The notes: a model not told the origin generated them from the sequence alone. Positions 20,437-31,316 are shown, counted from the first letter of the stretch. The stretch is 64,000 bases of DNA from an uncultured bacterium (GCA_964398355.1 CAYNMM010000047.1:11738-75737); one strand, 5' to 3'. Numbers and translations: made by a program.

Positions 20437-22022
20437 TGTCTATAAAACAATTAGAGAAAATTTTACCCCTGCTATTCCTATTCATTTCGTCATGCTCTAT
20501 TACCCCATACTACCACGGAGTAACTGACCAGGGTGCCGTGCTTGTCCCTGTAGAAATAGAAGACACTCTTCTTCCTCGAATACCGGAGAAGAAAGTTGAA
20601 TCTATGAAGAATGTCAACCTGAGTCCAAGGGAAAGTCTTTATGTGGAAATAGAAGAAAAGAAACTCGGAATTTCAGTTCCAGATAACCGCAAGGAAATAG
20701 CTAAATGGATAAAGTACTATTCCAGGAATCCCTTTGGACGTCACTGGCTGAAGGCCTCCATAAAGAGAGGAGCTCCATTCATACCGATAATAAAAGATAA
20801 GCTCAAAAAAGCCGGCTTACCGGAGGAGCTGGCATATTTACCAATTATTGAAAGCGGATTTAAACCACTTGCCCGATCCAGAGCTGGTGCAGTTGGTATA
20901 TGGCAGTTTATCCCTGGAAGTGCAAGGAAGTTTGGCCTAACTGTGAACTGGTGGATTGATGAGAGGCGTGATCCAATAAAGTCTACTGATGCAGCGATCA
21001 AATATTTAAAGGAACTTTACGGAATGTTTGGGAAGTGGGACCTCGCACTTTCTGCTTACAACTACGGTGAAGGCAAATTGAAGAGGAAGATAAAAAGAAT
21101 GAAGACAAATAACTTCTGGAGGTTAAAACGTCGGCTACCACGAGAGACGAGGAACTATGTACCACAGTTTTTTGCGGTCCTCACAATCCTGAATCATCCT
21201 GAAATTTACGGAATTTCTGTTCCCTCTAATCCTGATCCGTTTGTTTATGATTCAGTCAGAATGCCGGGGCCTGTATCTCTCGATGTCGCAGCGAAGTGGG
21301 CAGGAGTGCCTCTTGCTGAGATGGTAAAGTATAATCTGGCCTTCAAGAGAGGTATGGCTCCACCTGATTATCGAAACTACTATTTACGTATACCACCAGG
21401 TACCAGGGATAGATTTGTTGCCAATATGAAAAAGACGCCGAGAAACAAATGGTATACGATAACCTACCACAGGATTCGTAGAGGCGAAAATCTTTATGTC
21501 ATCGCGAGAAGGTATGGTGTTAGCGTAAAAGAATTGATGAGGATTAATAGGATAAGAAATCCAAGAAGAATAAGAAGGGGACGGGTTCTTGTTATCCCGA
21601 TTAGTTCCGGCTATGCCAGATACCTTACAGAAAATGTTGACCTTCAAATTGTAAATAAACATCATGATACACGTGTTGTTTATTATCGGGTGAAAAGGGG
21701 TGATAGTCTCAAACGCATCTCAAGAAAATTTGGTGTTTCCGTAAAAAATTTAAAGAGATGGAATGGTCTGAGGTCCTCGAGAATCAGACCCGGTCAGAAA
21801 TTAATTGTGTATAAAAAAGATGGAAAGACAAATAAGAGACATGTCAGTAAAAGGGGAAAGAAGGAAAAATATTATCCCTATAGAGTCAAGAAAGGTGATA
21901 CACTTTACGATATTTCGTTAAGGTTTAAAGTGGATATCAGAGACCTTATGAAAATAAACAATATAAAGAATCCCCGCCAGTTGAGAGTTGGTACAGTAGT
22001 TAAAATTCCGGCGGATATTTGA
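20436..22022 (+). CDS. mltD: membrane-bound lytic murein transglycosylase D-like (SLT domain + 3 LysM)
   Basis: 528 aa. SLT motif LPIIESGFKP...AGAVGIWQFIPGSARKFGL and three LysM repeats (YHRIRRGENLYVIARRYGV, YYRVKRGDSLKRISRKFGV, YRVKKGDTLYDISLRF). Confidence 0.8.
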   Translation: MSIKQLEKILPLLFLFISSCSITPYYHGVTDQGAVLVPVEIEDTLLPRIPEKKVESMKNVNLSPRESLYVEIEEKKLGISVPDNRKEIAKWIKYYSRNPFGRHWLKASIKRGAPFIPIIKDKLKKAGLPEELAYLPIIESGFKPLARSRAGAVGIWQFIPGSARKFGLTVNWWIDERRDPIKSTDAAIKYLKELYGMFGKWDLALSAYNYGEGKLKRKIKRMKTNNFWRLKRRLPRETRNYVPQFFAVLTILNHPEIYGISVPSNPDPFVYDSVRMPGPVSLDVAAKWAGVPLAEMVKYNLAFKRGMAPPDYRNYYLRIPPGTRDRFVANMKKTPRNKWYTITYHRIRRGENLYVIARRYGVSVKELMRINRIRNPRRIRRGRVLVIPISSGYARYLTENVDLQIVNKHHDTRVVYYRVKRGDSLKRISRKFGVSVKNLKRWNGLRSSRIRPGQKLIVYKKDGKTNKRHVSKRGKKEKYYPYRVKKGDTLYDISLRFKVDIRDLMKINNIKNPRQLRVGTVVKIPADI

Positions 22023-22104
22023 TTTCTAACATTTTTACCTTTTTGATATTTGACAGATTTACAGGTGGAAGGTAAAATTGAACTGAAAAAATGGAGGTGA
22101 TAAT

Positions 22105-23271
22105 ATGAAGAAGGTAGTTGCACTTGCTCTTGTTGTAAGTCTTGTGGCGGGTTTTGGATGGGCAAAACCCAGGAAAGCAAATTTAAAGGGTGCGATCAAG
22201 ATTGGTTTCTTCTCTCCTCTTACAGGATTTGCTGCTGCTGATGGTCTCTCTGCACTTCGGGGTGCTAAACTCGCAGTTGAAGAGATCAACAAAAGTGGAG
22301 GCCTCCTCGGTAAAAAAGTTGTTCTTGTCAATTACGATGACCGTGTAAAGTCCTCCGAGGCTGTTGCAATTGCTCGTAAACTTGTAACAAAGGATAGAGT
22401 TGTTGCAGCAGTAAGTGGCTCGTACTCAGGCCCTACGAGAGCCGCAGCCCCCATATTCCAGCAGTTTAAAATTCCTATGATCTCAGCCTACGCCGTACAT
22501 CCTGAAATTACCAAAGCCGGAAATTATATTTTCAGAAACGGTTTCCTCGGTACAGTTGAAGGGAAAGCTATGGGCGAGGTTGCTCTCAAATTTTTGAGAG
22601 CAAAGAGAATAGCTCTGCTTGTGATCGATAACGACTATGGTCATTCTCTTGCTGAGGGTGTTAAAATGCGGATTCGCCAGCTTGGCGGCGCAAAAATCGT
22701 TTACGAAAAGGCTTATTCCATAGGTGAAAAAGATTTTACTCCACTTTTAACGGCTGCAAAAGCTCAAAAGCCTGATCTTCTAATTGCTACTGCCTATTAT
22801 AATGAGGCCGCTCAAATTGCAAGGCAGGTAAAGCAGATGGGATGGAGGATTCAGATCCTTGGAGAGGAGGGGTATGATTCTCCTAAATTCCTTGAACTTG
22901 CCGGTGATGCAGCTGAGGGTGTTATTATTACGACAAATTTAAACAGGGACGATCTCAGCTCCATAACCCAGAATTTTATCAAGAATTTCAAGGCCAGATA
23001 CAATGAAGATCCTGACATGGTTGGAGCTTCTTCTTATGACGCGATCATGCTTCTTGCGAAGGCCATAAAGAAAGCGCACAGTACAAATCCAGCGAGGATA
23101 AGAGACGCTCTTCAGTCATTACAAAACGAGGTGCTTGCAACAGGTGTCCTCTACAGGTTTACACAGGGAAGGGAAGTGGTAAAGCCTGTCCAGGTGCAGA
23201 TTGTGAAGAATGGAGAGTTCCATTATTATGGTATTATAGCCGATCCTGATGTTGTAACACCACCATGGTGA
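22105..23271 (+). CDS. livK: branched-chain amino acid ABC transporter substrate-binding protein
   Basis: 388 aa, signal peptide, IKIGFFSPLTGFAAADG periplasmic-binding-protein type I start. Confidence 0.8.
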   Translation: MKKVVALALVVSLVAGFGWAKPRKANLKGAIKIGFFSPLTGFAAADGLSALRGAKLAVEEINKSGGLLGKKVVLVNYDDRVKSSEAVAIARKLVTKDRVVAAVSGSYSGPTRAAAPIFQQFKIPMISAYAVHPEITKAGNYIFRNGFLGTVEGKAMGEVALKFLRAKRIALLVIDNDYGHSLAEGVKMRIRQLGGAKIVYEKAYSIGEKDFTPLLTAAKAQKPDLLIATAYYNEAAQIARQVKQMGWRIQILGEEGYDSPKFLELAGDAAEGVIITTNLNRDDLSSITQNFIKNFKARYNEDPDMVGASSYDAIMLLAKAIKKAHSTNPARIRDALQSLQNEVLATGVLYRFTQGREVVKPVQVQIVKNGEFHYYGIIADPDVVTPPW

Positions 23272-23280
23272 TAATGAGGG

Positions 23281-23318
23281 GAGGGGTGCGGTCGAAAAAT
23301 TTTTCGACCGCACCCCTC
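23281..23318 (+). terminator. 38-nt perfect palindromic hairpin between binding-protein and permease genes (intra-operon attenuator/terminator)
   Basis: GAGGGGTGCGGTCGAAAAA/TTTTTCGACCGCACCCCTC read directly. The 3' arm begins with a T-run. Confidence 0.5.
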
Positions 23319-23346
23319 CTATAGATCTTATAAGTCCTTCTTTGAT

Positions 23347-24201
23347 ATGTTACTTCAGCAGATTATAAATGGTCTTGCGTCTGGGGGAATTTACACACTC
23401 GTAGCTCTTGGGCTTACCCTCGTTTACGGAGTTTTAAAAATCTTGCATATTGCTCATGCTGGTATTTATGCTCTCGGTGCCTATATGGCGCTTATTGCAT
23501 ACAAAATTTACCCGAACATTTATTTTGCCTTTTTCTTTGCAATGGTTAGCACGGCCCTGGCCGGTTACCTTGTCCAAAAGTATCTCTACTGGCCAATTAT
23601 TGATCAGCCGAGGATTGTGCCTTTGATTGCTTCAATCGGTCTGTTTCTTGCACTTGAAGAGCTTTACCGTTTGATATGGGGACCATACGTGATACCGTTT
23701 CCACAGAAATTTCACTGGAAGACTTACACAATCGGCAAAATTCGGTTGCCTGGTGCTGATCTTTTTGTTTTTGCTCTTTCCCTGATTTTTCTTGCAATTT
23801 TATACTGGATAGTGAATAGGACCAGGATTGGTCTTGCAATGAGGGCTGTGGCAGATGATAAGGAAGTTGCAGAGGCATCTGGGATAAATTCAAAATGGAC
23901 TATCGCGCTTTCTTTTATTATTGGTTCTGCCCTTGCCGGTGCAGCTGGTCTTATGGTAGGGGTTTATTACAACTCTATTTATCCCACCATGGGAGACGTT
24001 CCTGCTTACAAAAGTCTTGCTGTAATAGTGGTTGGAGGGATGGGGAGTATAGAGGGTACGGTGGTTGCAGGTTTTGGACTTGGTCTTCTCGAAGCCCTTT
24101 TGCTTGGTTTTTTGCCATTTGCTTTTCCCAGGGATGCGCTCGCATTTATTGCAATGATCATTTTCTTACTGATCAAACCGGAGGGATTATTTGGTAGATG
24201 A
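23347..24201 (+). CDS. livH: branched-chain amino acid ABC transporter permease
   Basis: 284 aa polytopic. LivH-like N-terminus LLQQIINGLASGGIYTLVALGLTLVYG. Confidence 0.85.
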   Translation: MLLQQIINGLASGGIYTLVALGLTLVYGVLKILHIAHAGIYALGAYMALIAYKIYPNIYFAFFFAMVSTALAGYLVQKYLYWPIIDQPRIVPLIASIGLFLALEELYRLIWGPYVIPFPQKFHWKTYTIGKIRLPGADLFVFALSLIFLAILYWIVNRTRIGLAMRAVADDKEVAEASGINSKWTIALSFIIGSALAGAAGLMVGVYYNSIYPTMGDVPAYKSLAVIVVGGMGSIEGTVVAGFGLGLLEALLLGFLPFAFPRDALAFIAMIIFLLIKPEGLFGR

Positions 24202-25064
24202 ATTACTACCTGACGATACTGATTTATATTGGGATTAATTCGATTCTTGCTTTAAGTTTGAATATTATTGTTGGTTACGCTGGTCAAATTTCACTTGGTC
24301 ATGCGGCTTTTTATGGGATAGGGGCATACTCTTCAGCTTTGATTGCGACAAAACTTGGAGTATCTTTCTGGGTGGCCTTACCGTCTGCTATAGTCATCAC
24401 TGCAATTGTTGGAGCCATCCTTGGCCTTCCTTCGTTGAGGGTGAGTGAAGATTTTCTTGCAATAACAACAATTGGGATAAATTTTGTTGTCCAGGCTGTT
24501 TTTAAATATGTGAAGTTTTTTGGTGGTGCTCTGGGTGTTAGTGGTATCCCATTTCCGTCTCTGGGTGGTCATAGATTTTCACTCGCTGCTTTTGCCGTTA
24601 TGACAGCTATTTTTACTGTTATTTCTGCCTTAGTGGCCCATTTGATAAATACATCCTGGATAGGATTGGGGTTGAAAGCAGTGAGAGAGGACGAACTTGC
24701 CGCCTCATCCAGTGGAGTAAATGTTTATAAGTTCAAAGTTCTTGCCTTTGTTCTTGGATCTGCCCTTGCCGGTCTTGCTGGTAGTTTGTATGCCCATTTT
24801 ATGATGTTCATAACTGCTGATGATTTTGGGTTTCCACTTTCTATTGCAATACTTTCAATGATAGTGATTGGAGGAATTGGTACGGTAAGAGGCGCCTTCC
24901 TTGGTGCATTACTTCTTACGATTATGCCAGAAGTTTTTCGTCCCCTCTCAGATTACAGAATGCTTGTCTATGCCATCCTTCTCATTCTTTTCATGCGCTT
25001 CCTGCCTGAAGGCTTGATTGGAGACGAAAGTATTGTGTGGAAGAAAATAAGGGGTAAGGCGTGA
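24198..25064 (+). CDS. livM: branched-chain amino acid ABC transporter permease
   Basis: 288 aa polytopic, ATGA-coupled to livH. Confidence 0.85.
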   Translation: MNYYLTILIYIGINSILALSLNIIVGYAGQISLGHAAFYGIGAYSSALIATKLGVSFWVALPSAIVITAIVGAILGLPSLRVSEDFLAITTIGINFVVQAVFKYVKFFGGALGVSGIPFPSLGGHRFSLAAFAVMTAIFTVISALVAHLINTSWIGLGLKAVREDELAASSSGVNVYKFKVLAFVLGSALAGLAGSLYAHFMMFITADDFGFPLSIAILSMIVIGGIGTVRGAFLGALLLTIMPEVFRPLSDYRMLVYAILLILFMRFLPEGLIGDESIVWKKIRGKA

Positions 25065-25813
25065 GCACGATACTTGAGGTTAAAAATGTAAAAAAGAGAT
25101 TTGGTGGAATTGAAGCTTTGAAAGGTGTTTCTATTGCTCTATCGAAGGGAGAAATTCTTGGTCTTATCGGTCCAAATGGTGCGGGGAAGACAACATTATT
25201 TAACTGTATTGCCGGTGTATATCATCCTGATGATGGGGAGATCCTTTTTAAAAATAGAAGGATAGACATGTTACCACCTCATCGAGTTGCTGAACTTGGT
25301 ATTGCAAGGACGTTTCAGATTGTGAGACCATTTAAAACACTTTCCGTGATTGACAATGTACTTGTCGCATTGGGTTTGAAAAATTATATTGGATACAAAA
25401 ATTTGTTTAAAAAACCTGGAGCCAATGATTTTAAGAAGGCTATTGAGCTCTTGAAAGCTGTGGGGCTTGAGTCCAAAAAAGATGAAGTATCCGAGAATTT
25501 GAGTCTCGGAGAATTGAGGAGACTCGAGGTGGCGAGGGCACTTGCACTTGACCCTGAAATTATTCTTCTTGATGAACCTTACGCAGGTTTGAGGCGCCAT
25601 GAAGAGGGTAGAATTTCAGATATGATCAGGGAGTTACACAGTAGAGGACTCTCTATTATCATTGTGGAACACAGGGTGAGGTTATTGATGGAACTTGTTG
25701 AGCGAGTTGTGGTACTTGATATGGGTGAGCTAATAGCAGAGGGTTCTCCCGATGAAGTTAGGAATAATCCTCGGGTTATAAAAGCTTATCTCGGGGAGGA
25801 AGAGGTTGCTTAG
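25061..25813 (+). CDS. livG: branched-chain amino acid ABC transporter ATP-binding protein
   Basis: Walker [25 protein letters not shown] signature, GTG start. Confidence 0.85.
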   Translation: MSTILEVKNVKKRFGGIEALKGVSIALSKGEILGLIGPNGAGKTTLFNCIAGVYHPDDGEILFKNRRIDMLPPHRVAELGIARTFQIVRPFKTLSVIDNVLVALGLKNYIGYKNLFKKPGANDFKKAIELLKAVGLESKKDEVSENLSLGELRRLEVARALALDPEIILLDEPYAGLRRHEEGRISDMIRELHSRGLSIIIVEHRVRLLMELVERVVVLDMGELIAEGSPDEVRNNPRVIKAYLGEEEVA

Positions 25814-26507
25814 AGTAGAAGATTTGAATGTTTATTACGATCGATTACATGTTTTGAAAGATATAAACTTTGATGTTAAAGATGGAGAAATTTATGCCAT
25901 AATAGGTGCGAATGGGGCGGGTAAGACTACTTTGTTAAGGTCGATAATGGGTCTGAAAGAAATTGTAAGTGGCAGGATAATTTTTAAAGATAGAGATGTT
26001 ACGTCTTTGAGTGCCCATGAGAGAGCGAGACTTGGTATTTCACTCTCCTTTGAGGGAGGGAGAATTTTGAGATCGTTGAGTGTGGAGGATAATCTGAAGC
26101 TTGGCGCATACCTTGTAAACAGAGAGAAGTACCAGGAGAAACTTGATTTTATTTACGATTTGTTTCCCAGGCTTAAGGAGAGGAGAAAGCAGATAGCAGG
26201 TTCTCTTTCTGGTGGGGAGAGACAGATGCTTTCTATTTCGAGGGCACTTATGAGTGAGCCTTCACTTCTCATGCTTGATGAACCAAGTTTTGGTCTTGCT
26301 CCCAAAATTGTCATAGAGATTTTCCACGTACTGGAAAAATTGAATAAAGAGACAGGTCTTACAATGCTACTTGTTGAGCAGAATGTGAAGCAGGCTTTGA
26401 AAATTGCCTCTCGAGCGATGGTCATTGAAGCCGGTTATGAAGTTACAAGGGGGACACCTAAAGATATACTGAGTAATAAAGAAGTGATAGAAGCCTATCT
26501 CGGCTAA
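25806..26507 (+). CDS. livF: branched-chain amino acid ABC transporter ATP-binding protein
   Basis: Walker [19 protein letters not shown] signature, TTG start overlapping livG. Confidence 0.85.
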   Translation: MLRVEDLNVYYDRLHVLKDINFDVKDGEIYAIIGANGAGKTTLLRSIMGLKEIVSGRIIFKDRDVTSLSAHERARLGISLSFEGGRILRSLSVEDNLKLGAYLVNREKYQEKLDFIYDLFPRLKERRKQIAGSLSGGERQMLSISRALMSEPSLLMLDEPSFGLAPKIVIEIFHVLEKLNKETGLTMLLVEQNVKQALKIASRAMVIEAGYEVTRGTPKDILSNKEVIEAYLG

Positions 26508-26629
26508 TAACTTCCAATTTACGGCTCAGAACAATCCCGGCTGGTGCCGTTGGGTAATTTTTTCTGTAGTGTACATGAAAGGATTAAATCAGGCGTTATT
26601 GACAGTATTTCCCGAAATTTCAGCCAATT

Positions 26630-28435
26630 TTAATCTCCATGGAGGTGATAATAGATTTTGCGAGCGAGTTTTGCCCCAATTCCTTCAACTCTCTCGATTT
26701 CCTCGATAGATGCCGACATCAATCTGGATAGACTTCCAAAATAAGTAATAAGGGCTCTTTTTCTTTTCTCGCCAATATCCGGAATGGTGTCAAGAAAGGA
26801 GATAAAACCTTCCTTTGTTCTTAGATCTCTATGAAAGGTTATAGCGAATCTATGTGCTTCATTTCTGAGCCTCTGGATGAGTCGCAGGGCTTCGGATCTT
26901 CTTGGTAGCATCAGGACTTTACCATCCTGGGTGTAGAGCTCATCAAATCTTTTCGCTATGGCAAGGAAATAGACGTTGTTGATACCAAGTTCGCGTGCGG
27001 CAGCCAATGCCTGATTTAACTGGCCAATCCCTCCATCAATAACAAAGATATCCGGTAATCTCTTGCCCTCTTTGAGGAGTCGTCTTAATCTTCTTTTTAC
27101 AACCTCATTGATCATGCTGAAATCATCTATTCCCTGTATGGTCTTTATTCGGTATTTCCGATATTCAGACTTTTTTGGAAAGCCTTTTTCAAACACTACG
27201 ATACTCCCGACTGGATTGTTGCCGAATGTGTGTGATATATCGACAGCTTCGATTCTTTCAGGGATATTTTCGAGTTTTAAGAGATCTTTTAACTCAAAGA
27301 GTGCAGGGTGGATGGCCCTATCTTCGATTTTTAACTTAGAAAGCTCTATTTCGAGTTCCTTGGAGGCGTTTTCCATGGCTAACTTTATCAAAGAATGTTC
27401 ATCTGCCACAGGTTTTCTAATTTTCACCTTTCGCTCAGTTTTTTTCTCAAGATAGGCTCTGAGAAGGTCCACACTGGGTGGTAGTTCAGGGACCACGATG
27501 AGCTCTGTCCAGAGTGTCGCGGTCGAATAATATTGCCAGAGGAATTTCTCAAATGCCTCAATTTCCGTTAATCCTGGTTCTGTATCAACAAAGAAAGTTT
27601 CCTTATAAACGAGTTTGCCTCTTTTAACATTCAGGACGACAAAAACGCCGAAATTGTGTGAGAGAGAAAATCCCCACAATTCAAGGTCTTTTCCATTAGG
27701 TGTAATCACACTCTGGGGTGATAGAAGTTCTCTCAATGCAAGAAGATTGTCTCTAATTTTTGCAGCTCTTTCGAATTCAAGGTTTTCTGCTGCCTTTTTC
27801 ATTTCTTCTTCGAGAATTTTTTCAACCCTATTGGTTCGTCCAGAGAGTAGCTCCACTATCCCATCGACGAGTCGCATGTATTCTTCTCTGGGGATATCAA
27901 GAACGCAGGGGCCTACACATTTTCCAATATGATAGTCAATACATGCAGGGAATCTTTTGCCGGGTTTAAGTTTGTAAGTGCATGTTCTTACCGGGAAGAG
28001 ATTCCTTACCATTCTAATGGTTTTCCTCAAAGCTTTTGCTGATGTGTAGGGGCCGAAATAGATGGCGCTACGGTCACTCAGGTCTCTCGTAGCAAATATT
28101 CCAGGATAATAATCTTTAACTGTAATTTTCAGATAGGGATACTTCTTGTCATCCTTGAGTCTTATGTTGTAATAGGGTTTAAACTGTTTTATCAGGTTGG
28201 CCTCAAGAAGTAAGGCTTCGGATTCAGAGCCTGTGAGTATAATCTGTAAATCCCTGATCTTTGAAACCATAACACGTAAACGTGGATTTTCCTGTGGCTG
28301 AAGATAACTTCTGAGCCTATTTCTGAGATTTTTGGCTTTGCCAACATACAAAACATGACCATTTCTGTCCTTAAAAATGTAAACACCTGGTTTTTCTGGT
28401 ATGTTTTTTACCTTTTCCAGCAAGAATTCATTCAT
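26630..28435 (-). CDS. uvrC: excinuclease ABC subunit C
   Basis: 601 aa. GIY-YIG N-terminus (PGVYIFKDRNGHVLYVGKAKNLRNRLRSY), UvrBC and HhH C-terminus. Confidence 0.9.
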   Translation of the reverse strand: MNEFLLEKVKNIPEKPGVYIFKDRNGHVLYVGKAKNLRNRLRSYLQPQENPRLRVMVSKIRDLQIILTGSESEALLLEANLIKQFKPYYNIRLKDDKKYPYLKITVKDYYPGIFATRDLSDRSAIYFGPYTSAKALRKTIRMVRNLFPVRTCTYKLKPGKRFPACIDYHIGKCVGPCVLDIPREEYMRLVDGIVELLSGRTNRVEKILEEEMKKAAENLEFERAAKIRDNLLALRELLSPQSVITPNGKDLELWGFSLSHNFGVFVVLNVKRGKLVYKETFFVDTEPGLTEIEAFEKFLWQYYSTATLWTELIVVPELPPSVDLLRAYLEKKTERKVKIRKPVADEHSLIKLAMENASKELEIELSKLKIEDRAIHPALFELKDLLKLENIPERIEAVDISHTFGNNPVGSIVVFEKGFPKKSEYRKYRIKTIQGIDDFSMINEVVKRRLRRLLKEGKRLPDIFVIDGGIGQLNQALAAARELGINNVYFLAIAKRFDELYTQDGKVLMLPRRSEALRLIQRLRNEAHRFAITFHRDLRTKEGFISFLDTIPDIGEKRKRALITYFGSLSRLMSASIEEIERVEGIGAKLARKIYYHLHGD

Positions 28436-28508
28436 AGGTAATTAAATTTACAATGGATTCCATGAGAATGCCATTGAGAGATGAGAATGGAATTTAAATC
28501 TATCGGAT

Positions 28509-31268
28509 TTATTTTTCTCCTTTAATTTGATTCATGATAACCTCAATGGCTTTTTGAAGCTGAAAATCTTTGTCAGGCTGATTTGGATCATTTTCTACGT
28601 AGAAATCGGGTTTTACGCCAAGTCCCTCGAGGTTCGTGCCGTCAGGTAAGTACCAACCTGTGAAGGGAACGTTGAGGGTAGAACCATCGGGTAGTTTAAC
28701 GTGATCCGTACCGATAACACCGCCTCCGGTGGGGACACCAACGAGTTTTCCAAGTTTGAGATACTTAATAGCTGCCGGAAAGATCTCCGCGTCGGAGAAT
28801 GAAAATTCATTAATTAAAACGACGAGGGGTTTACCCCACCTGAGGGGCGGCTGGTAACGAGGTTTCTGTCCCCGTGGGACGTATTTTGCATAGACCTTTC
28901 TGGTGAGGATATCGAGTAACTGGGGATGAATATTGCCACCAGGGTTGTATCTGACATCAAGAATAAGCCCCTTCTTATGCTGTTTTAAGAATCTTGAGAT
29001 AGCAATCTGGAAACGTCTGAGTTCTTTTTGATTCATTGCTCGAATATGATGATAGGCCACCTGTCCATTTGTAAGACTGTCCACAATAGCACTGTTTTTG
29101 GCTTCCCAGTCCTCCCATACAAAGGTTTTTGCTGTGTCTGTGGGAAGTATTTTTATGGTAAGTCCCCTCTCGTCGATTGTTTCAATTTTTACGCTATCTT
29201 TATTCAACAGGTCTTTGTAAATGTTATAATTCGGATCGGATGTTTTGTGTCCGTTGATTTTGACTATTATGTCTCCCAATTTTAACCCGGCCGAATCTGC
29301 AGGAGAATTTTTGTAGACTTTTGTTACCATAAGGCCATTTTCTACTTTCCGAACCCTGAAACCTGCGAATCCCTTAATTTTGAAGGTATCTTTTGGTGGT
29401 TGTATACCCATGTGGGACGCTCGAAGCTCTCCTGTCATGTAGAGTATGGTCTTTCTCAGCTCGCTGTAAGTTTCAATGTAATTTAAGAGTGGTTCGTAGT
29501 ATTTTTTGACTGAATCCCAATCCACTCCATTCATTGTCGAATCGTAGAAGCGAGTCTTCAGGGTTGTCCAGGCCATGTCAAAAATTCTCTTGAAGTCCTC
29601 ACGTCTATCAACAAGCTCTTCCGCGGTAAAATTTACAGTTTTTGGTAAAATTATTTCCTCTGGTCCCCTAATTTTCTTAATATCACCTTTGAGTACGTAA
29701 ACGATATACTTTTCGTTCCATTGGGGGCTTCTTCCTTCCGCGAGCTGTATATGATGAATCCCGTTATTATCCATTACGTATATCTGGGTTTTTCGTCCCG
29801 ACGATACTTCGTATGCGACCAGTTTGCCGTTCGGGGAGACGGAGGGTACTTGTTTGTAGCCACTTCCATCCGTTAATTTAACAGGTTCTCCAGCCGGTTT
29901 GCCGTCGTTGAAGGCGATTTTATAAATTTCTCCGTTTCCGCTCCTCTGAGAATCGAAGTAGATCCATCTGCCGTCCGGTGAGAAACAGCCATCATCGTCA
30001 GCCTTCTCATTTTTTGTAATCTGGAAAACCTTTTTATCTTTGAGTCTAATTACAAAGATGTCCTTATTTCCCTTTCTTGTGGAGGTAAAGACGATGTATT
30101 TTCCGTCTGGAGACCAGTTTTCAAAGAAATCATCAGCCTTATTTTTTGTTATTTGCTCCGGCTCTCCCCCTTCAATTGATATAACGAAGATGTCATTATT
30201 CCCATTTCTATCTGAAAAGTAGGCTATTTTCTTCCCATCCGGGGAGAATCTTGGCCATTGATCGTGGTAAGAGTCATTGGTTAAGTTTCTTGCCCTGCCG
30301 CCAGAAGAAGGTATGATCCATATATCACCTCTCATGGAAAAGGCAATATAACGTCCATCAGGTGAAAGCGCTGGGGCTTCCGCCCTATCCTTAAATTCTC
30401 TCACAAATTTCTCTGGTAACTTGTCATCCGTCTGAATAAAAATTTTTAAAGGTTCAACTTTATTATTGGTGAGATCCAGTTTGTACAACGTTAATTTATG
30501 CTCAAAGACGGCGTATTTCCCATCTTTTGAAACGGTCAGGTGTAGGGCATCACCTGTCTTTAAATGAGTAATCTTTTTCGGCTTCCCATTCTGGTACCTG
30601 TAAATCTGGAATCCATTATCATCCTCTCTGATAAAATACAGGTTACCATTTTTATCAACGGCCGGATCCCTATCTGTTCCAATGTAATTAGTGATTCTGA
30701 AGAATTTGCCGCCTTTTAAATGGTAAATTTCACCGTTGGTTGATCCTTTATAACCCTTTCTGAAATAAGAGACGCCATCCTTCACAAAATATATAGAACC
30801 GTCGTGAGCGAAGACACCACTGTGAGAGTCGAAAAACGTGACTCTGACGGGTATTCCTCCTTCCCTGTGGATTTTAAATATCTCAAAGAACATACCATCA
30901 CGGTAAGAATAGAAAAGAATGGTGTCCCCCTGCCAATCTGTGGGAATATCTGTGGAAGTATTGAATGTTAGCTGTCTGGGTATACCACCTTTGAATGGGA
31001 CGAGCCAGATGTCGTAATTTCCCTTTCTTCTTGATGCAAATGCAATATATTTTCCATCTGGAGACCAGACAGGTTTTGTATCAACTGAATCGTGGAGTGT
31101 GACCCTCCAGCTTGATTTTTTTAGTGTATCATATACCCAGATGTCCCCCCTGAATGTGAAGGCAATTTTTTGTCCATCCGGAGATATCGATGGGTAAAAC
31201 AGTCCAAGAGTTCCTGAGTTGGGATTATGTGTAATGGATAGCAAAAAGAGTAAGAGATACTTTATCAT
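28509..31268 (-). CDS. tricorn protease homolog (beta-propeller + PDZ + S41 peptidase)
   Basis: Repeated TolB-like blades (SPDGKYIAF...DIW), PDZ (GLKLGDIIVKINGH), S41-like C-terminus (GLILDVRYNPGG). Start reassigned to Met84 (MIKYLLLFLLSI signal, AGGAGG RBS) because the longest ORF would overlap the divergent aminotransferase gene. Confidence 0.7.
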   Translation of the reverse strand: MIKYLLLFLLSITHNPNSGTLGLFYPSISPDGQKIAFTFRGDIWVYDTLKKSSWRVTLHDSVDTKPVWSPDGKYIAFASRRKGNYDIWLVPFKGGIPRQLTFNTSTDIPTDWQGDTILFYSYRDGMFFEIFKIHREGGIPVRVTFFDSHSGVFAHDGSIYFVKDGVSYFRKGYKGSTNGEIYHLKGGKFFRITNYIGTDRDPAVDKNGNLYFIREDDNGFQIYRYQNGKPKKITHLKTGDALHLTVSKDGKYAVFEHKLTLYKLDLTNNKVEPLKIFIQTDDKLPEKFVREFKDRAEAPALSPDGRYIAFSMRGDIWIIPSSGGRARNLTNDSYHDQWPRFSPDGKKIAYFSDRNGNNDIFVISIEGGEPEQITKNKADDFFENWSPDGKYIVFTSTRKGNKDIFVIRLKDKKVFQITKNEKADDDGCFSPDGRWIYFDSQRSGNGEIYKIAFNDGKPAGEPVKLTDGSGYKQVPSVSPNGKLVAYEVSSGRKTQIYVMDNNGIHHIQLAEGRSPQWNEKYIVYVLKGDIKKIRGPEEIILPKTVNFTAEELVDRREDFKRIFDMAWTTLKTRFYDSTMNGVDWDSVKKYYEPLLNYIETYSELRKTILYMTGELRASHMGIQPPKDTFKIKGFAGFRVRKVENGLMVTKVYKNSPADSAGLKLGDIIVKINGHKTSDPNYNIYKDLLNKDSVKIETIDERGLTIKILPTDTAKTFVWEDWEAKNSAIVDSLTNGQVAYHHIRAMNQKELRRFQIAISRFLKQHKKGLILDVRYNPGGNIHPQLLDILTRKVYAKYVPRGQKPRYQPPLRWGKPLVVLINEFSFSDAEIFPAAIKYLKLGKLVGVPTGGGVIGTDHVKLPDGSTLNVPFTGWYLPDGTNLEGLGVKPDFYVENDPNQPDKDFQLQKAIEVIMNQIKGEK

Positions 31269-31316
31269 TAGAAAAACCTCCTTTTCAAAAATTTTTGTTA
31301 GTTTAAGGTAGTCAAA

